In this document: positions 22,719 to 33,486 of the stretch, in pieces
How the letters are laid out: every line of letters starts with the position of its first letter
Numbering within the stretch: the first letter of the stretch is position 1
Assembly: GCA_019828565.1 (NCBI GenBank)
Contig: JAHDYR010000006.1
Span: 1-64,000 of the forward strand
Length of the DNA stretch: 64,000 bases
Direction: 5' to 3'
Source of the DNA: Carpediemonas membranifera BICM
Lineage: Eukaryota; Protista; Fornicata
Translations under genes and position numbers: made by a program
Notes under the pieces: model-generated
What the model was told of the DNA's origin: nothing
Seen by the model: the letters and a program-made list of their open reading frames with translations, nothing else
Database searches by the model: none

Positions 22719-24338
22719 TTACTCGATTACATCCATCACAGGCGCCTCAGGCGACCCATAGTAAAACAGCTGGCCGCCAAACGGTACAAACTGTGACGTC
22801 AACAGCTTCACCGCCTCCTGCGCCATGATGCCGCCCAGCACGCTGCATGTAGGGGCAAGCTCACAATGGCCCCCAATCACAAACTCCCTAATCATTTGAT
22901 TAGAGGGCATGCAGGGCGAGTCAGAGGGCGACTCTCCGACCGCCCGTTCGACGATTGAGTTGACAATCTTGCTCAGGCCGACAACATCACTCTCTACGGC
23001 CGAGAGGCCAGGAACATGACCCATGTGGGACTCGAACTCACGACTAGACGCCCAGAGAATGGCCTGCTGGCCAACAGTCGGGGTGACACCTCCCTTGGCC
23101 AGCTGTTTAGGGTCTACGTCGACGGAGCTGCTGAACGAGACCACCGTGAGGTTGGACGCATTCTTCACAAGTAAGGTGAGGATCTCCTGATCCATATCTG
23201 CGACCACATCCCGGATTCTGTCACTATCGCCGCATGATTGGGCGATTTGGACCATATCTGCATGGAGTTCGGCCCTGTCAGAGGCCGCACGGCGCTGGTA
23301 GATACGCTGGAGATTCACATAAATCTCCGTAGATCCGTGCATATCTGGGATCTTACCAGTGACCGGTACGCGATGGTTCCTAGCCATGAATGCTTTGAGA
23401 GCTGCGGCGAATGTCCAGAACAGCACCTCTTTGTCATCAACACCTGGTCCGAACACGAAGCCTGTCTTCCTCACGAGCGCGTCAACAGTCTGGTGGTGCA
23501 GAATAGCGGGGAATGACGGTGTGGCGGGCTTCAAGAGCTGTGTGTTGACCATGGTAAGGGCCTCCTCGACATTGATCTCGGACCAATCCCTGTGGAAGCC
23601 CTGGAGCATGGTGCGGAGTGCTGCCATGTCTGGGTGTGACGGGGATTGGCCGTGCTGTTGTTCGAACGCGGTGAGAGCCTTATGAAGGAACACGATGGAT
23701 GGGATACGAAGGAAGTCGTCTTCCTCCTCGACATCGGTCGGCTGGGACTCAAGGAAGGCGATGAGTTCGGGCCAGGCGTGTTTGAGCTGCAGGTCGAGTG
23801 GGGTAGGTCTGTTTGGCTCAAGGACGACGTGGGCCTTCCCGCGGGGCTTGATGTAGCCGAAGAACCCGTTCGTCTGGACGGAGATAGAGCGCACACCAGC
23901 CTGGTCGAGGTGGGTAACAAGTGTCGCATCATCCTCGAGGATGGCGACGTCGACGCCGGCCAGGGCGCCATCGGAGACCACGTAAGAGCGGGGATCGGCG
24001 TGAATCCACTCAATGGTGATGTCTGGATTCATTCGAATGAGTGTCTCGACGGCTGCCTCCCCAATGTACTCCCGACCAGAACCGGTGACGAAGTAGTTGG
24101 TCTGAACGTCGGAGGCAACGATTGAGGTGTCGTCGACAATGACCAAAGAGCTTATGCCTGCCAGAGCTAGGTTCTTAGCGGCCTCTAGAACTGCCATGTG
24201 AGTTCCTAGAACACATACCCGGGCCGAATGAAGGGCCTCTTGTCCATGGCTGGATTAGAAGAGGAGGGGAAGAACGAACCGGCCCCAAACACGAATCTGA
24301 CGATCATATTTGCTCACTGAGGAACTTTCTACAGCCAT
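22719..24338 (-). CDS. NAE1: NEDD8-activating enzyme regulatory subunit (APP-BP1/Ula1); 30-nt intron 24250-24279
   Basis: Spliced YDRQIRVWGRHGQEAL, KNLALAGI, GKIPDM, GGIMAQEAVKLLTSQFVP. Confidence 0.92.
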
Positions 24339-24501
24339 CCCACTTTCTCTACACGATATGGCGTCACCGCGGGTTGTCGGGGGCCTTAGCCTGCCGCCAC
24401 CGTCAACAGCGTCGGCGCGCCATGCACAATGCTGGCTGCAATGCGGCTGCTATCCAAGCGTGCTATTCTACCAATGACCACATCACCAACCGACCGCGAG
24501 T

Positions 24502-25458
24502 TTAGTGCTTCTTCTTGAGTGACTTGGGCTTCTTGTCGCCTTCAGTCTTCTTGCTCTTGCTCCGCTTCTGCTTGACGGGAGCAGCCTCAGGCTCAGCCTC
24601 AGGCTCAGGCTCGACACGCTTCACCTTCTTGACGGGCTTCTTCACAATCAAGGCGGGCTCAGTCTCTTCCTGCTCAGCCTCTTCGATCTCCGCAGCCGCG
24701 CGCTTCTCCACCTTAGCTGTGAGCTCCCGGGTCTTGACGTAGACGGGCACAGCGATGGATCCGGGCGTCTTCATGTGAATCGTGTGAATGTTCGTCAATC
24801 CGCCGATAAAAGCGTACTCCTCATCGGCAGCAGAGAGCACGTCTATGATTGCCTTAGCGTTGGCGATGATCTGCTTGTCGTCGAGGCCCGTGTGCCCGAC
24901 CCTCGTAATGGTCTGGAGACCGTGGCCTCTGTAGAGGAACTTGGTGCTGTTCACGGCACCGAGGACGGCGGTACGCACGGTCTCGGGGTTGATGGCCTTA
25001 GCATCGTTGTAAAGCTTGACACGGATGCCCTTGGAGTAGCCTGCGAAGAGCTTGGTGAGCTTTCCGTAGATAGTCTTGTCGCCGAGGATGAGGGAATACT
25101 CCTGGAGGAACGCCTTCATGTCCTTGAACGAAGACGTCTTCCCGCGGACCTTAGCAAGCTTGCGGACGTCGAGGGTGAAGTCCATTTCCACCTCTTCGAG
25201 AGCAGCCTTCACTGCGGCCTTGACGTGGACGTCATCAGTGTCATCTCTGACGATAAGGCACACCTTAACGTTGTCTTCATCATCAACGGGGACATGAGGG
25301 ATATTGGGGAGCTTAATCGCGGCAGGAGTGTCGTTCTTGGGCTGGAAAGCCTCAAACATGCTCACAAGAAGCTCAACTGGCTGAGAATCAGAAGCTTCGT
25401 CGCCTTCAGATTGTCTGATGACCTTAACAGCTTGGGCAAGGCTTTTCTTGAAGTTCAT
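24502..25458 (-). CDS. Ribosomal L1 domain-containing protein (RSL1D1/Cic1/Utp30-like)
   Basis: IKLPN, VCLIVRD, RVGHTG, IHMKTPGSIAVPVY, lysine-rich tail. Confidence 0.85.
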   Translation of the reverse strand: MNFKKSLAQAVKVIRQSEGDEASDSQPVELLVSMFEAFQPKNDTPAAIKLPNIPHVPVDDEDNVKVCLIVRDDTDDVHVKAAVKAALEEVEMDFTLDVRKLAKVRGKTSSFKDMKAFLQEYSLILGDKTIYGKLTKLFAGYSKGIRVKLYNDAKAINPETVRTAVLGAVNSTKFLYRGHGLQTITRVGHTGLDDKQIIANAKAIIDVLSAADEEYAFIGGLTNIHTIHMKTPGSIAVPVYVKTRELTAKVEKRAAAEIEEAEQEETEPALIVKKPVKKVKRVEPEPEAEPEAAPVKQKRSKSKKTEGDKKPKSLKKKH

Positions 25459-25785
25459 TCCAGCACTAGCTCCTCTCTAGCCAAATCGATTTACACGTAT
25501 ACATACCTCTCAATGTACCGGTCCGCACCGGTCCAAGTCTGTCAAACGCCGGCCAGCCTACAGGCCGGGGGCGGAGCTGCCACTAACGCTGGCGAAACGA
25601 CGATAAACTTCGTAGTTGCCCCTGATGATGGCAATGGCGATGCCTCTAGCCAAATCTGACAAAACTACAAGGAGAAAACGAGCGCAGGAAGTCTAATAGC
25701 CACCCATACGGTCACTTAGGCATGCCATTAGTACCCTAGTACCCCATAAACAAGATTCCGAGCATCCGCTTTAATCTGCACCAAA

Positions 25786-26583
25786 CTATGCCACGCTGCG
25801 TCTCTGCTCCACGCCCATCGCTAGCTCTACCGCGGTCGTGAGCTGTGCCGGGAGTATCGCCCCCAGCCCCCTGGTCCGCACGAGTCCGACCCTCCCTCCT
25901 CTGGAGGCGATGTGGACCACTGTCCGTGCAGTAGCCTCCTCCTTCCCAGTCATGTCAGCGGCAAACTCCTGCTGGAACATGCCCACTGTGGTAACAAGCG
26001 GCGGTGCGCCATCCAGCGGCTTCCTGTCCTCCTCGTCGATGATGACGGCGCCGTCCTTCTCTCGAACGGCGGGAATGGTCAGGTCAGCCAGGGCGGCACA
26101 TGCGGCCAGAGATGACAGGTCGAGAACACCTCCGTCAGCGTCGTCAAAAACTAGGATGTCGACGCTTACGGCCCACACCTTTTCCCCGGGGAATGGGGCG
26201 AGGAGCTCTGACGAGAGATCCAGGCCACCCTTGGCGATAAGAGAGGCGTGTAGTATGTCGGTATAGAGCTCATATGTCTCGGTTTGCTCGGGAGTGGGCT
26301 CGTTTGCAGCACTGTTCATCCAAGAGATGCGGAGAATGGCCTGGTCAGGCGCATGGGGAGCTGGAGTTTCAATTGCAAGTGATATTCCAACTAGAAGACG
26401 TGTTTTGCCGATAGAGGCACGGCAGCTCACATCTGCCAGGATTTCTGGGGCTTCATCATTGGCATGGAGCACTTCGAGGCAGACTGGCCGAATATCAGTG
26501 CGTGTTCGCCCATCAATACGTATATTACTGGCAATCATCTGCGCCAGAAAGTTCTTCTCACCTTGAGAGAGCAGAACAGCCAT
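25786..26583 (-). CDS. RRP42: Exosome RNase PH subunit, Rrp42-like
   Basis: LSQGEK...IRIDGRTRTDIRP, WAVSVDILV, GGVLD, ALADLTIP. Confidence 0.8.
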   Translation of the reverse strand: MAVLLSQGEKNFLAQMIASNIRIDGRTRTDIRPVCLEVLHANDEAPEILADVSCRASIGKTRLLVGISLAIETPAPHAPDQAILRISWMNSAANEPTPEQTETYELYTDILHASLIAKGGLDLSSELLAPFPGEKVWAVSVDILVFDDADGGVLDLSSLAACAALADLTIPAVREKDGAVIIDEEDRKPLDGAPPLVTTVGMFQQEFAADMTGKEEATARTVVHIASRGGRVGLVRTRGLGAILPAQLTTAVELAMGVEQRRSVA

Positions 26584-26914
26584 CGAGATGTCGAAATAAC
26601 CTTAACCTGCGAAACTGAGCAAGGGCGTTGATGGGGCCGCGGGGATGGAATGGTGTCATGCTAGTGGTCAGCATGCTGGTGGCTAGTCATGGTGAGTTTT
26701 ACATGTGGATGCAAGCGCAGCGTCATAAAGCTTCTATGAGCAGCGCGATGGCTTGAACCCGACCGAGGGACGGTACCAGGGGGCACTGGGCCCAAGAGAG
26801 GGCATAAGTTCTTAACAGTCCGAGGTATACGTGCTGGGTTGTGTAATAGCGGTGTGTGTTGATGGTGGATTGATTTGACCGTCAGGCTGCATTCAAACCA
26901 AACATAACCGCATT

Positions 26915-29900
26915 TTAACAATATAAATCTGTCTGCTCGCCCCGTATGCTCTCCAACATCCTCGCCTGCTCTGGCCTCAGGCTGGGTCTAATCTGAGCCA
27001 CGAGATCGCCCAGAGCAGGAGACCCACCGGCCAGAGTCATGGCAAGAACAGACCCGAACACAGCGCTCAGTACAGGGCCTCCGTGGATAGTATGGATCGA
27101 TGAGAGCACACCGCAGACCATGTCCCCGACCTTCTCGACTGTTTCAGGGTCGACCAAGGACCTCCGGATGCCAGCAGTGAGATGACGAACTCGGGCAGGG
27201 TCAGCGGCGGGACACATAGCGAGGGTGGCAGCGTACCTGAGACCGTCAGACCCCCTGCCCCAGTCAGCCAGCCCAGCTACCGAGTCGGCTGTGGCCTGGT
27301 AAATGAAGTCAACCTCCCGTCTGTGTGGGAGGAGCGGGTCTACCCGGTTCATCTTGCTCGAGCACTTGATAAAGTCGTTGATGAGTCGGAGCTTGCTGCC
27401 GAGCTTCGTGGTCGACTCATAGAGGCCAGACTCAAGGTACCGGGCGAGACGGCTGCCCATGGACCCGGGGGTTGCGGCCTTATCGTCATGCTTCGCTAGG
27501 ACGTCCACAGCGGCGGCATAGAAGCTGGCATGGTGACGGAAGACGACACTGGGGCCGCTGTCAAGACTCGTAGTCTTCTTGCCCTTTCGTCCACCGCGGG
27601 CGATTTCTTCAAATGAGGCGGGGGCGTCGTAGATTTCATCACCACGACCGTCAAGAGCACGCGATGCAGCGTAGTGGAGATGATTGATCGCGAGATCTGA
27701 CCCGACCGGCGACTCATACGACTCGGGCACCTCGCGGGTGACATAACGGTCCAAGATCGACGCTGACATCAATCTGATATGCTTGGCAGGGTAGCTGAGG
27801 CCCATGATAGCTAGTCTGATAACCCCAGAGTTCTCGACAGACAGCTTGTGCAGGATGGAGCCAGATGCTGCCAAGTGGTCAAGAATCGGATACGGTACAC
27901 GGAGATACGAGAGACAATCAAGAGCAGGGAGGGGCAGCTTCATGAGCGCGTCAAAAGCCAGTGGAACAGCGCAGGTCTGGGATACTGAACCAAGCAGGCT
28001 TTGCAAACTGCGTACAGCGAGCTCATCATCGCCCAGACCTGCCTGGACGGCCTCTGGGCTGGCCAAAGTTTCCAGGAGCACGCTGCCAAAGACCCTTGGG
28101 AACGGGGTGCCAGCCTTGTAGACGTAGGGCGTCCTGTGGGGCATGCGGGACCAGACGGCGAAGAAGGCCGTCGCTGAGGGGTCAGAGTCCGCTGCCGTGA
28201 ACGCGCATAAGAGTATGTCAGCGAGAGAAACAGATTCAAGATCGTATCCCGAGATTCTGATCGATCTTCCGGGCTTGATCAAGGGCTTGTAAAGATACTC
28301 TGCGGCCTTGTCGGCCTTACCCTTTGCTAGCCGCTTGGTCATTGACTTGAACCGGCGCCGAAGAGTATCCTCTGCCACGTCATCAGCGATAAGCCTCCGG
28401 GAGTGCGAGAAGATTGTGTCGAATATCACGTCGGACCAATGGGCTACAGGGGTCTCCTCAGCAACCTCGGAAGCAGAGTTGCTTACAATAGTGAGGGTCG
28501 CGGGGCAGGCTCCTCTCTTCACCTTGCCCTTCTTTGACTTTGACTTATGAGTCGAGTCATCAGTCACGGTCAAGGAGTCGATTACACGCGACACACGACT
28601 AGAGAAATCGGGGTGAGACTCAGTTAGGGCTGGGAGGATGTGGGAGAAAGGGTCTGGGCGATAGCTGAGCATAGGGCGGGCATGGACCAAGGCAGCAATA
28701 AGATCCACGACCGCTGGAGTGCCATCGTAGGCACAGATGTCACCAAGCGCGGTCTGGGCGAATTGTGTCAGGTTGGGATGGCGGTCAAGGAACGGGATCC
28801 GGAAAACGACCAGAGATTTGAATAATTGAAGGCCATCGACCGAGCACTGCGCCATTTGCAACGAAGGCGAGGGCTTGATCATGAACCGGCCGAGCGACGC
28901 GAGCGGGATGCTTCCGAGGAGGGCCCGGTGCCGGTGAATGAACTCGGCGACTCCGGCAATCGAGGGAATGCCGGAAATGTTGAGGACAGGTGCCAAGAAG
29001 CCGGGGGCATCCGGCAGAGTCGTCATGGATGCGAGACCACCGAGGAGCTCGGCAATAATCAACGGACCATCAGCGATCTTCTTAGGATCGCCGGCTTCAT
29101 CCATATCGACATCAAACTCCTCAGCCACAAAGTCGCTAAACTCCGAATCATCGTCAGAGTCAGTCGAGTCAGCATTAAACTGCACGGCACTCTCAGACGC
29201 AATAGACTCGACCATGGCCTTGAGAAGCTCGGGAACAGGCAGGGCTCCCTGGGCACCGAGGGTTTCAGCCCTGATGAGGTCAGAAACCTCGGTCAGGGGG
29301 GCTATATAATGCGGGGCCGATTCCTGGAGTCGGTCAAGCGCGGTCAAAGTCTCGCTAATTTTGCGGCAAGATGTGGCGATAAGAAGAGCGAGGGAGGCGA
29401 GAAGCGGTCCATTCTTCGTCTTAAGGGCAGCCTTCACCACTACAGGAACGTACTTGACCCGGTAGAGTGGGATCCCACTGACTAAAACTGCGTCGACTGC
29501 CGCACGAGTCTTTGCCCCAATAGCATGGCCGTCCGCGGACAACAGGGCGGTCCAGTTGAAGGTCGGGGATACCAGCCTGGTAGCGATCCAGCGGATCGAG
29601 TCGGCAGTCCAGGGCCGGTCAGGTTGGACGTGGGCGGCAGTGATTGACTCAAGAACATATCGGATCAAATCTGGGTGAGTATCAGATACGGCAGTGATTG
29701 CGGCACCGACGGCCGTGTGGTTCAATCCCGCGTCTAACAGGGCGTCCAGCAGGGCTCTGATCTGGCCAGGGGTTCTAGTCGCAGTCAGCGGCGGGCTCGA
29801 CCCCAGGGCCAGGGCTGAGAGAACTAGGGCGGACCTGTCGGCAAGGGCGTCCATGTCGAGGATGGCGGGGGCTGCGAGTGATTGGGCGATTGAGGAGAAC

Positions 29901-30637
29901 ACGTCAGGGCCGACCACGGAGATCTGAAGGGAGCTGGCTCTGCTGAGGTGGAGGAGGATGTCGAGAACCCTCGCCTTGATGCGAGAGGGGTCGCCCTCCT
30001 TGAAACAGACGCCGCGCATGAGCTTGGGGTGTATGTTTCGTGCCAGGTTCTCAGCACACGTGGTGTGGCGGACAATAGCGAGGATGAGGTCGAGGATCAC
30101 GGCCCGGGGAGCAGCCTTGGCGTCTTTCTTGACGTGGGTGTTGAGCAGGTCAATCATGTTGAAAGAGGACCTGCCACTGCCGTCAAAGAGAGGACTGAGG
30201 GCAGTAAGGAGCTGCTGGGCGGCGGTGGCAGTGCCGGCGAGGGTGGTGAAGAGGGGGAGCACGGAACGCCAGGTGTACTTCACGGAGGAGTCCATGAGCT
30301 TGTCCATGAAGATGCTGAGGTTAGTTAACAACCGCTTGATGAGATGGGGGCGCTGGACCCAAGAACCGTCGGCAGTTTGATGCAGCACAATGTCGAGGAA
30401 GGTGCACAGGTCCGGGAAGGCGTTGTCTGGGATAGGATCCTCGTCGGGATCAATGTAATGAACTATCTCATAGAGCATTGGGGTCCGTTGAAGGATGGAT
30501 TGTGTGATTGAGGCCTTATCAGCGCCATGGATCGACAACTGCTCGTTGACGTACTTCAAGGCACTAATCAGGCCACCGGTACGACGTCCGCACAGCTCAA
30601 GATATGTCTGAGCCACCGCATCGCTTGGCGAGGCCAT
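26915..30637 (-). CDS. Large alpha-solenoid protein, probably URB1/Npa1-like nucleolar pre-ribosomal protein
   Basis: 1240-aa helical ORF. SGVIRLAIMGLS...IRLMSASIL resembles the NopRA1 motif, recognised by eye only. Confidence 0.5.
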   Translation of the reverse strand: MASPSDAVAQTYLELCGRRTGGLISALKYVNEQLSIHGADKASITQSILQRTPMLYEIVHYIDPDEDPIPDNAFPDLCTFLDIVLHQTADGSWVQRPHLIKRLLTNLSIFMDKLMDSSVKYTWRSVLPLFTTLAGTATAAQQLLTALSPLFDGSGRSSFNMIDLLNTHVKKDAKAAPRAVILDLILAIVRHTTCAENLARNIHPKLMRGVCFKEGDPSRIKARVLDILLHLSRASSLQISVVGPDVFSSIAQSLAAPAILDMDALADRSALVLSALALGSSPPLTATRTPGQIRALLDALLDAGLNHTAVGAAITAVSDTHPDLIRYVLESITAAHVQPDRPWTADSIRWIATRLVSPTFNWTALLSADGHAIGAKTRAAVDAVLVSGIPLYRVKYVPVVVKAALKTKNGPLLASLALLIATSCRKISETLTALDRLQESAPHYIAPLTEVSDLIRAETLGAQGALPVPELLKAMVESIASESAVQFNADSTDSDDDSEFSDFVAEEFDVDMDEAGDPKKIADGPLIIAELLGGLASMTTLPDAPGFLAPVLNISGIPSIAGVAEFIHRHRALLGSIPLASLGRFMIKPSPSLQMAQCSVDGLQLFKSLVVFRIPFLDRHPNLTQFAQTALGDICAYDGTPAVVDLIAALVHARPMLSYRPDPFSHILPALTESHPDFSSRVSRVIDSLTVTDDSTHKSKSKKGKVKRGACPATLTIVSNSASEVAEETPVAHWSDVIFDTIFSHSRRLIADDVAEDTLRRRFKSMTKRLAKGKADKAAEYLYKPLIKPGRSIRISGYDLESVSLADILLCAFTAADSDPSATAFFAVWSRMPHRTPYVYKAGTPFPRVFGSVLLETLASPEAVQAGLGDDELAVRSLQSLLGSVSQTCAVPLAFDALMKLPLPALDCLSYLRVPYPILDHLAASGSILHKLSVENSGVIRLAIMGLSYPAKHIRLMSASILDRYVTREVPESYESPVGSDLAINHLHYAASRALDGRGDEIYDAPASFEEIARGGRKGKKTTSLDSGPSVVFRHHASFYAAAVDVLAKHDDKAATPGSMGSRLARYLESGLYESTTKLGSKLRLINDFIKCSSKMNRVDPLLPHRREVDFIYQATADSVAGLADWGRGSDGLRYAATLAMCPAADPARVRHLTAGIRRSLVDPETVEKVGDMVCGVLSSIHTIHGGPVLSAVFGSVLAMTLAGGSPALGDLVAQIRPSLRPEQARMLESIRGEQTDLYC

Positions 30638-30665
30638 ATCAAGAAACTTCGACTTCGTTCAAGCT

Positions 30666-30675
30666 TAAACTGCAC
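30666..30675 (-). promoter_or_regulatory. Representative initiator-like motif GTGCAGTTTA; variants recur 19-44 nt upstream of about 11 minus-strand ATGs
   Basis: Also at (+ coordinates) 17488, 21267, 22531, 26602, 31463, 34337, 38882, 56959, 60538, 61834. Confidence 0.7.
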
Positions 30676-30713
30676 AAAAACAAATCGGCTGAAAGATGCC
30701 TATTTACACAGCT

Positions 30714-31433
30714 CTACGCCTTCCTGCGGGTGATATGGTCGAATATGACGCACTGAGTGTACTCCTGAGTCTCGATGGTGTGCCTCCGGGTGTTGTCGCC
30801 AGGGTTCACCTTGGGGTTAACGTTAATAACCTTCCGGTCCCTCTTATTCTTAAGCAGCAGCCCTTCTTCGTTATCCGCGACAACCTCGAAGTTTGGCGAG
30901 GAATTGGATGAGACGTTGAGAGTTTCCCAGTTGTAGAACGAGAGGTCCGAGGGGCGGGGCAGGAGCTTCTTCTTCCTGTCAAAGTACATGTCGAAGCGGT
31001 CTGTGCGGAGTCGGTGGGCATAGTCGATGTACCCAGAGATCTCCTGGCCCTTATGGTTCTTGTCGCGGATGAAGATCACAACAGCCAGCTTGCCGTTGCA
31101 GACCATCTCTTCGCGCTTGGCGAGGGCCTGAAGGAAAGGGAAGTTCTCGAGATCCTTACCTTCGTGGGCAAGAAGCCGTTCTGGCTGGGTGAGCTTTGAT
31201 AGCCGTGCGTTTTCAGCTTCAGCTTTCCGCGCCTCGAACTCCTCGCGCTTCAGAGTATCGCCATTGCCTCTGTAGCCGAGCTCTACGAGCTGCCTGGCCA
31301 TGTCTTGGTCGTCGAGGTAAAACATGTCCGTGGTGGTGATCTGCGAGTCCAGATACTCATCATATGTGTTGAACGCAAGCGCTATAGTATCAATATTGTT
31401 CTCACCGTAGTCAAATTGAACGTTGTCGCCCAT
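30714..31433 (-). CDS. CFAP299: Cilia/flagella-associated protein 299 (DUF4464)
   Basis: [46 protein letters not shown]. Confidence 0.92.
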   Translation of the reverse strand: MGDNVQFDYGENNIDTIALAFNTYDEYLDSQITTTDMFYLDDQDMARQLVELGYRGNGDTLKREEFEARKAEAENARLSKLTQPERLLAHEGKDLENFPFLQALAKREEMVCNGKLAVVIFIRDKNHKGQEISGYIDYAHRLRTDRFDMYFDRKKKLLPRPSDLSFYNWETLNVSSNSSPNFEVVADNEEGLLLKNKRDRKVINVNPKVNPGDNTRRHTIETQEYTQCVIFDHITRRKA

Positions 31434-31517
31434 TCTCTCGAACGTGCAAATTGTTGCAGACATAAACTGCACAATGAAGAACTGAAGTCTGCTATAGACG
31501 ATTGAGAGTTACTTTAC

Positions 31518-33175
31518 TGCTTGCACTGTGCACTCTATGATACTTCATTACCCCTTCCCGCTCTCCCTTCCTTCTTCTTGAGAGTGATATTTCGATAGTC
31601 TGTCATCATCGTCGGGGGTCATCAATCAGTGCTTCTCCAGTCCTCTCGCCAAGCAACTAGCTTCCCACCTATCGTCTACCCCATCTTACTTCCATCCGCT
31701 CTCTTCTGCTTGTCGGATTTCGGGGTCTTGATCATGACGTCTTTGCAATCATCACCATGGCCTTCCATCGCACAGCGGGCTCTTCTATGCCGCTGCCTGA
31801 AGATAAAACACTTCAGTTCTTCTAATTCTCGCCATTATCACTGCATAGTCTCGTTCATTAAACGTCTGTCGTCTTTGATGTGTGTTGTTAACAAGTGATC
31901 GGTTCATTCACCGCAAAACGCAGAGCTTCACATGACCAGCATCTATACGGTCAAGTTCTCCATATCCTCCATTCTCCATAACCGTAGAAACGTGATTCCT
32001 TTCATCGCGGACTTCTACGCCGGATTGGAGAACAGGCTCTGCTCGTTCACGAAGGCCAAGTACTTTCACACTTGCCTTCTGTCATACATCGCCGCGTGTT
32101 GCCACCACGCCAATCTCTCCTTGCCCGTGCATGACCAGGCTCTGCACCAGGCCATCGTTATCGTCGCCTACCGACGAAGTGGAGAGTACCGAAACCTCGC
32201 CGCCGACTCACTCGTCGACCGCTTCCTGGGCGCGAAAAAATACGCCGCAGTTCGGCAGGTTGTCACCTCAATAGCCGAGATGCCACTGTGGCATGACGAG
32301 TTCATCATCCGCCTCAGCACAGCCCTCAGGGCAGCTCGTCGACAGTGCCCTCGCGAGTTCGACGTGTGGGTACAGCAAGACCCCCAGCTTCGCGTTCGAT
32401 ATGACTCCTGCGTCATTCAAAAGCACAAATCTAGATAGTCTACAAAACTCAGTTAGGTTTGTGCTCCTCCACGAGCAGGAAATATTCGACGCTGGGATGG
32501 TCAAGAGCTTCCGCAGAGTGCGCCTGACGAACCACATCTTGCGCCAAAAGCACTTCCACAGAGCTGGGGAGCAGCTTGCTCGCACCCTAGGCTGGACTCC
32601 TCGGCGACTCCCTCGCGGTATTGCCCCTCCCCGGGCAGCCCCCACCAGGCTGGTTGTCTTCTACGGAAGCGCTAGATTCAAGACGCCCCGTCGGGTGCAT
32701 CCATGCGCGCCGTATGGTCGCCTTGCTACCTTACTACCATCATGAGAGCTTTCAACATCACTGCTGAAGTGCGGATGACTAACGAGTTCCGAACCTCACT
32801 CGTCTGCCCCTTCTGCCGCGCGAGGTTCCGTAGAACTCGCTACACGAGGCGCACGATGCGATGCCACAACCCGAATTGTCAAGGTGCTCCATGGTACAGA
32901 CAGCAACGCCTCAATTCCGATCCTACTACCACCACTTGGCTCAATCTCTCCCATAGAGACAAGACTGCTGCACAGAACATCGTGGATTGCGGCCTCATGA
33001 CGGATGCACAGTATCAAGCCAGTGCTTTCAGAAATCCAAGACCTCCAGCCCGTCTTCCCAACTATAACCCCAATACACCAATTACGGCTAACCAGCCGCT
33101 AGTCTTCGCCTCCGGGCAAGCTAATTGAAGTGGAGAGACGCAGTGCTTGCACTGTGCACTCTATGATACTTCATT
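31518..33175 (+). mobile_element. Fanzor1-derived element A (internally deleted) with 32-bp flanking direct repeats (31518-31549, 33144-33175)
   Basis: Three frames give an N-terminus (IYTVKFS), SFKST...RRVRL..HI.RQK...VVFYGSARF...AP, and NEFRTSLVCPFC...C..C...RDKTAAQNI. No RuvC-I DPG motif is seen. Confidence 0.85.
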
Positions 33176-33486
33176 CAGAGAGAGATTCGACGTCCACACA
33201 TAGTGCCCTACTCCCCAAGGCCCCCAGTAGCTATAAGGTGCGTCGCTGTGTCGGCCTTCATCAGTCCAATCGTCGGTAAAATCAAACTGTGCGACTCATT
33301 TTAATACAGTGCAGCCGTTCACGTGTTGCTGGGGGGCGACCGCATGAATGGGTTCCGCCGAGTGCCCTCCAGCCCCGTCGCAGACAGTGGGATGCTCCTC
33401 GTGCTCACACCCGACTTGGACCCGCCAGAGTCCAAAGCTTAGTATAGTCCCAGCCCCAGCCCCATCATTATGCTATAAATATACAT

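Noticed and set aside
32293-32438. Programmed +1 frameshift joining Fanzor ORF1 and ORF2 (shared by A and B)
   Set aside because: A and B are recent duplicates, so sharing is expected. The junction coincides with the missing WED/RuvC-I segment, so it is better read as a deletion.
32480-32500. IFDAG as the RuvC-I catalytic Asp
   Set aside because: It lies between the S.K[ST] motif and the R.R...QK helix, a helical region downstream of where RuvC-I should be.
31518-33175. CRISPR array (32-36 bp partly palindromic repeats next to a Cas12-related nuclease)
   Set aside because: There are only two repeats per locus, 0.7-1.6 kb apart, with no spacer array.
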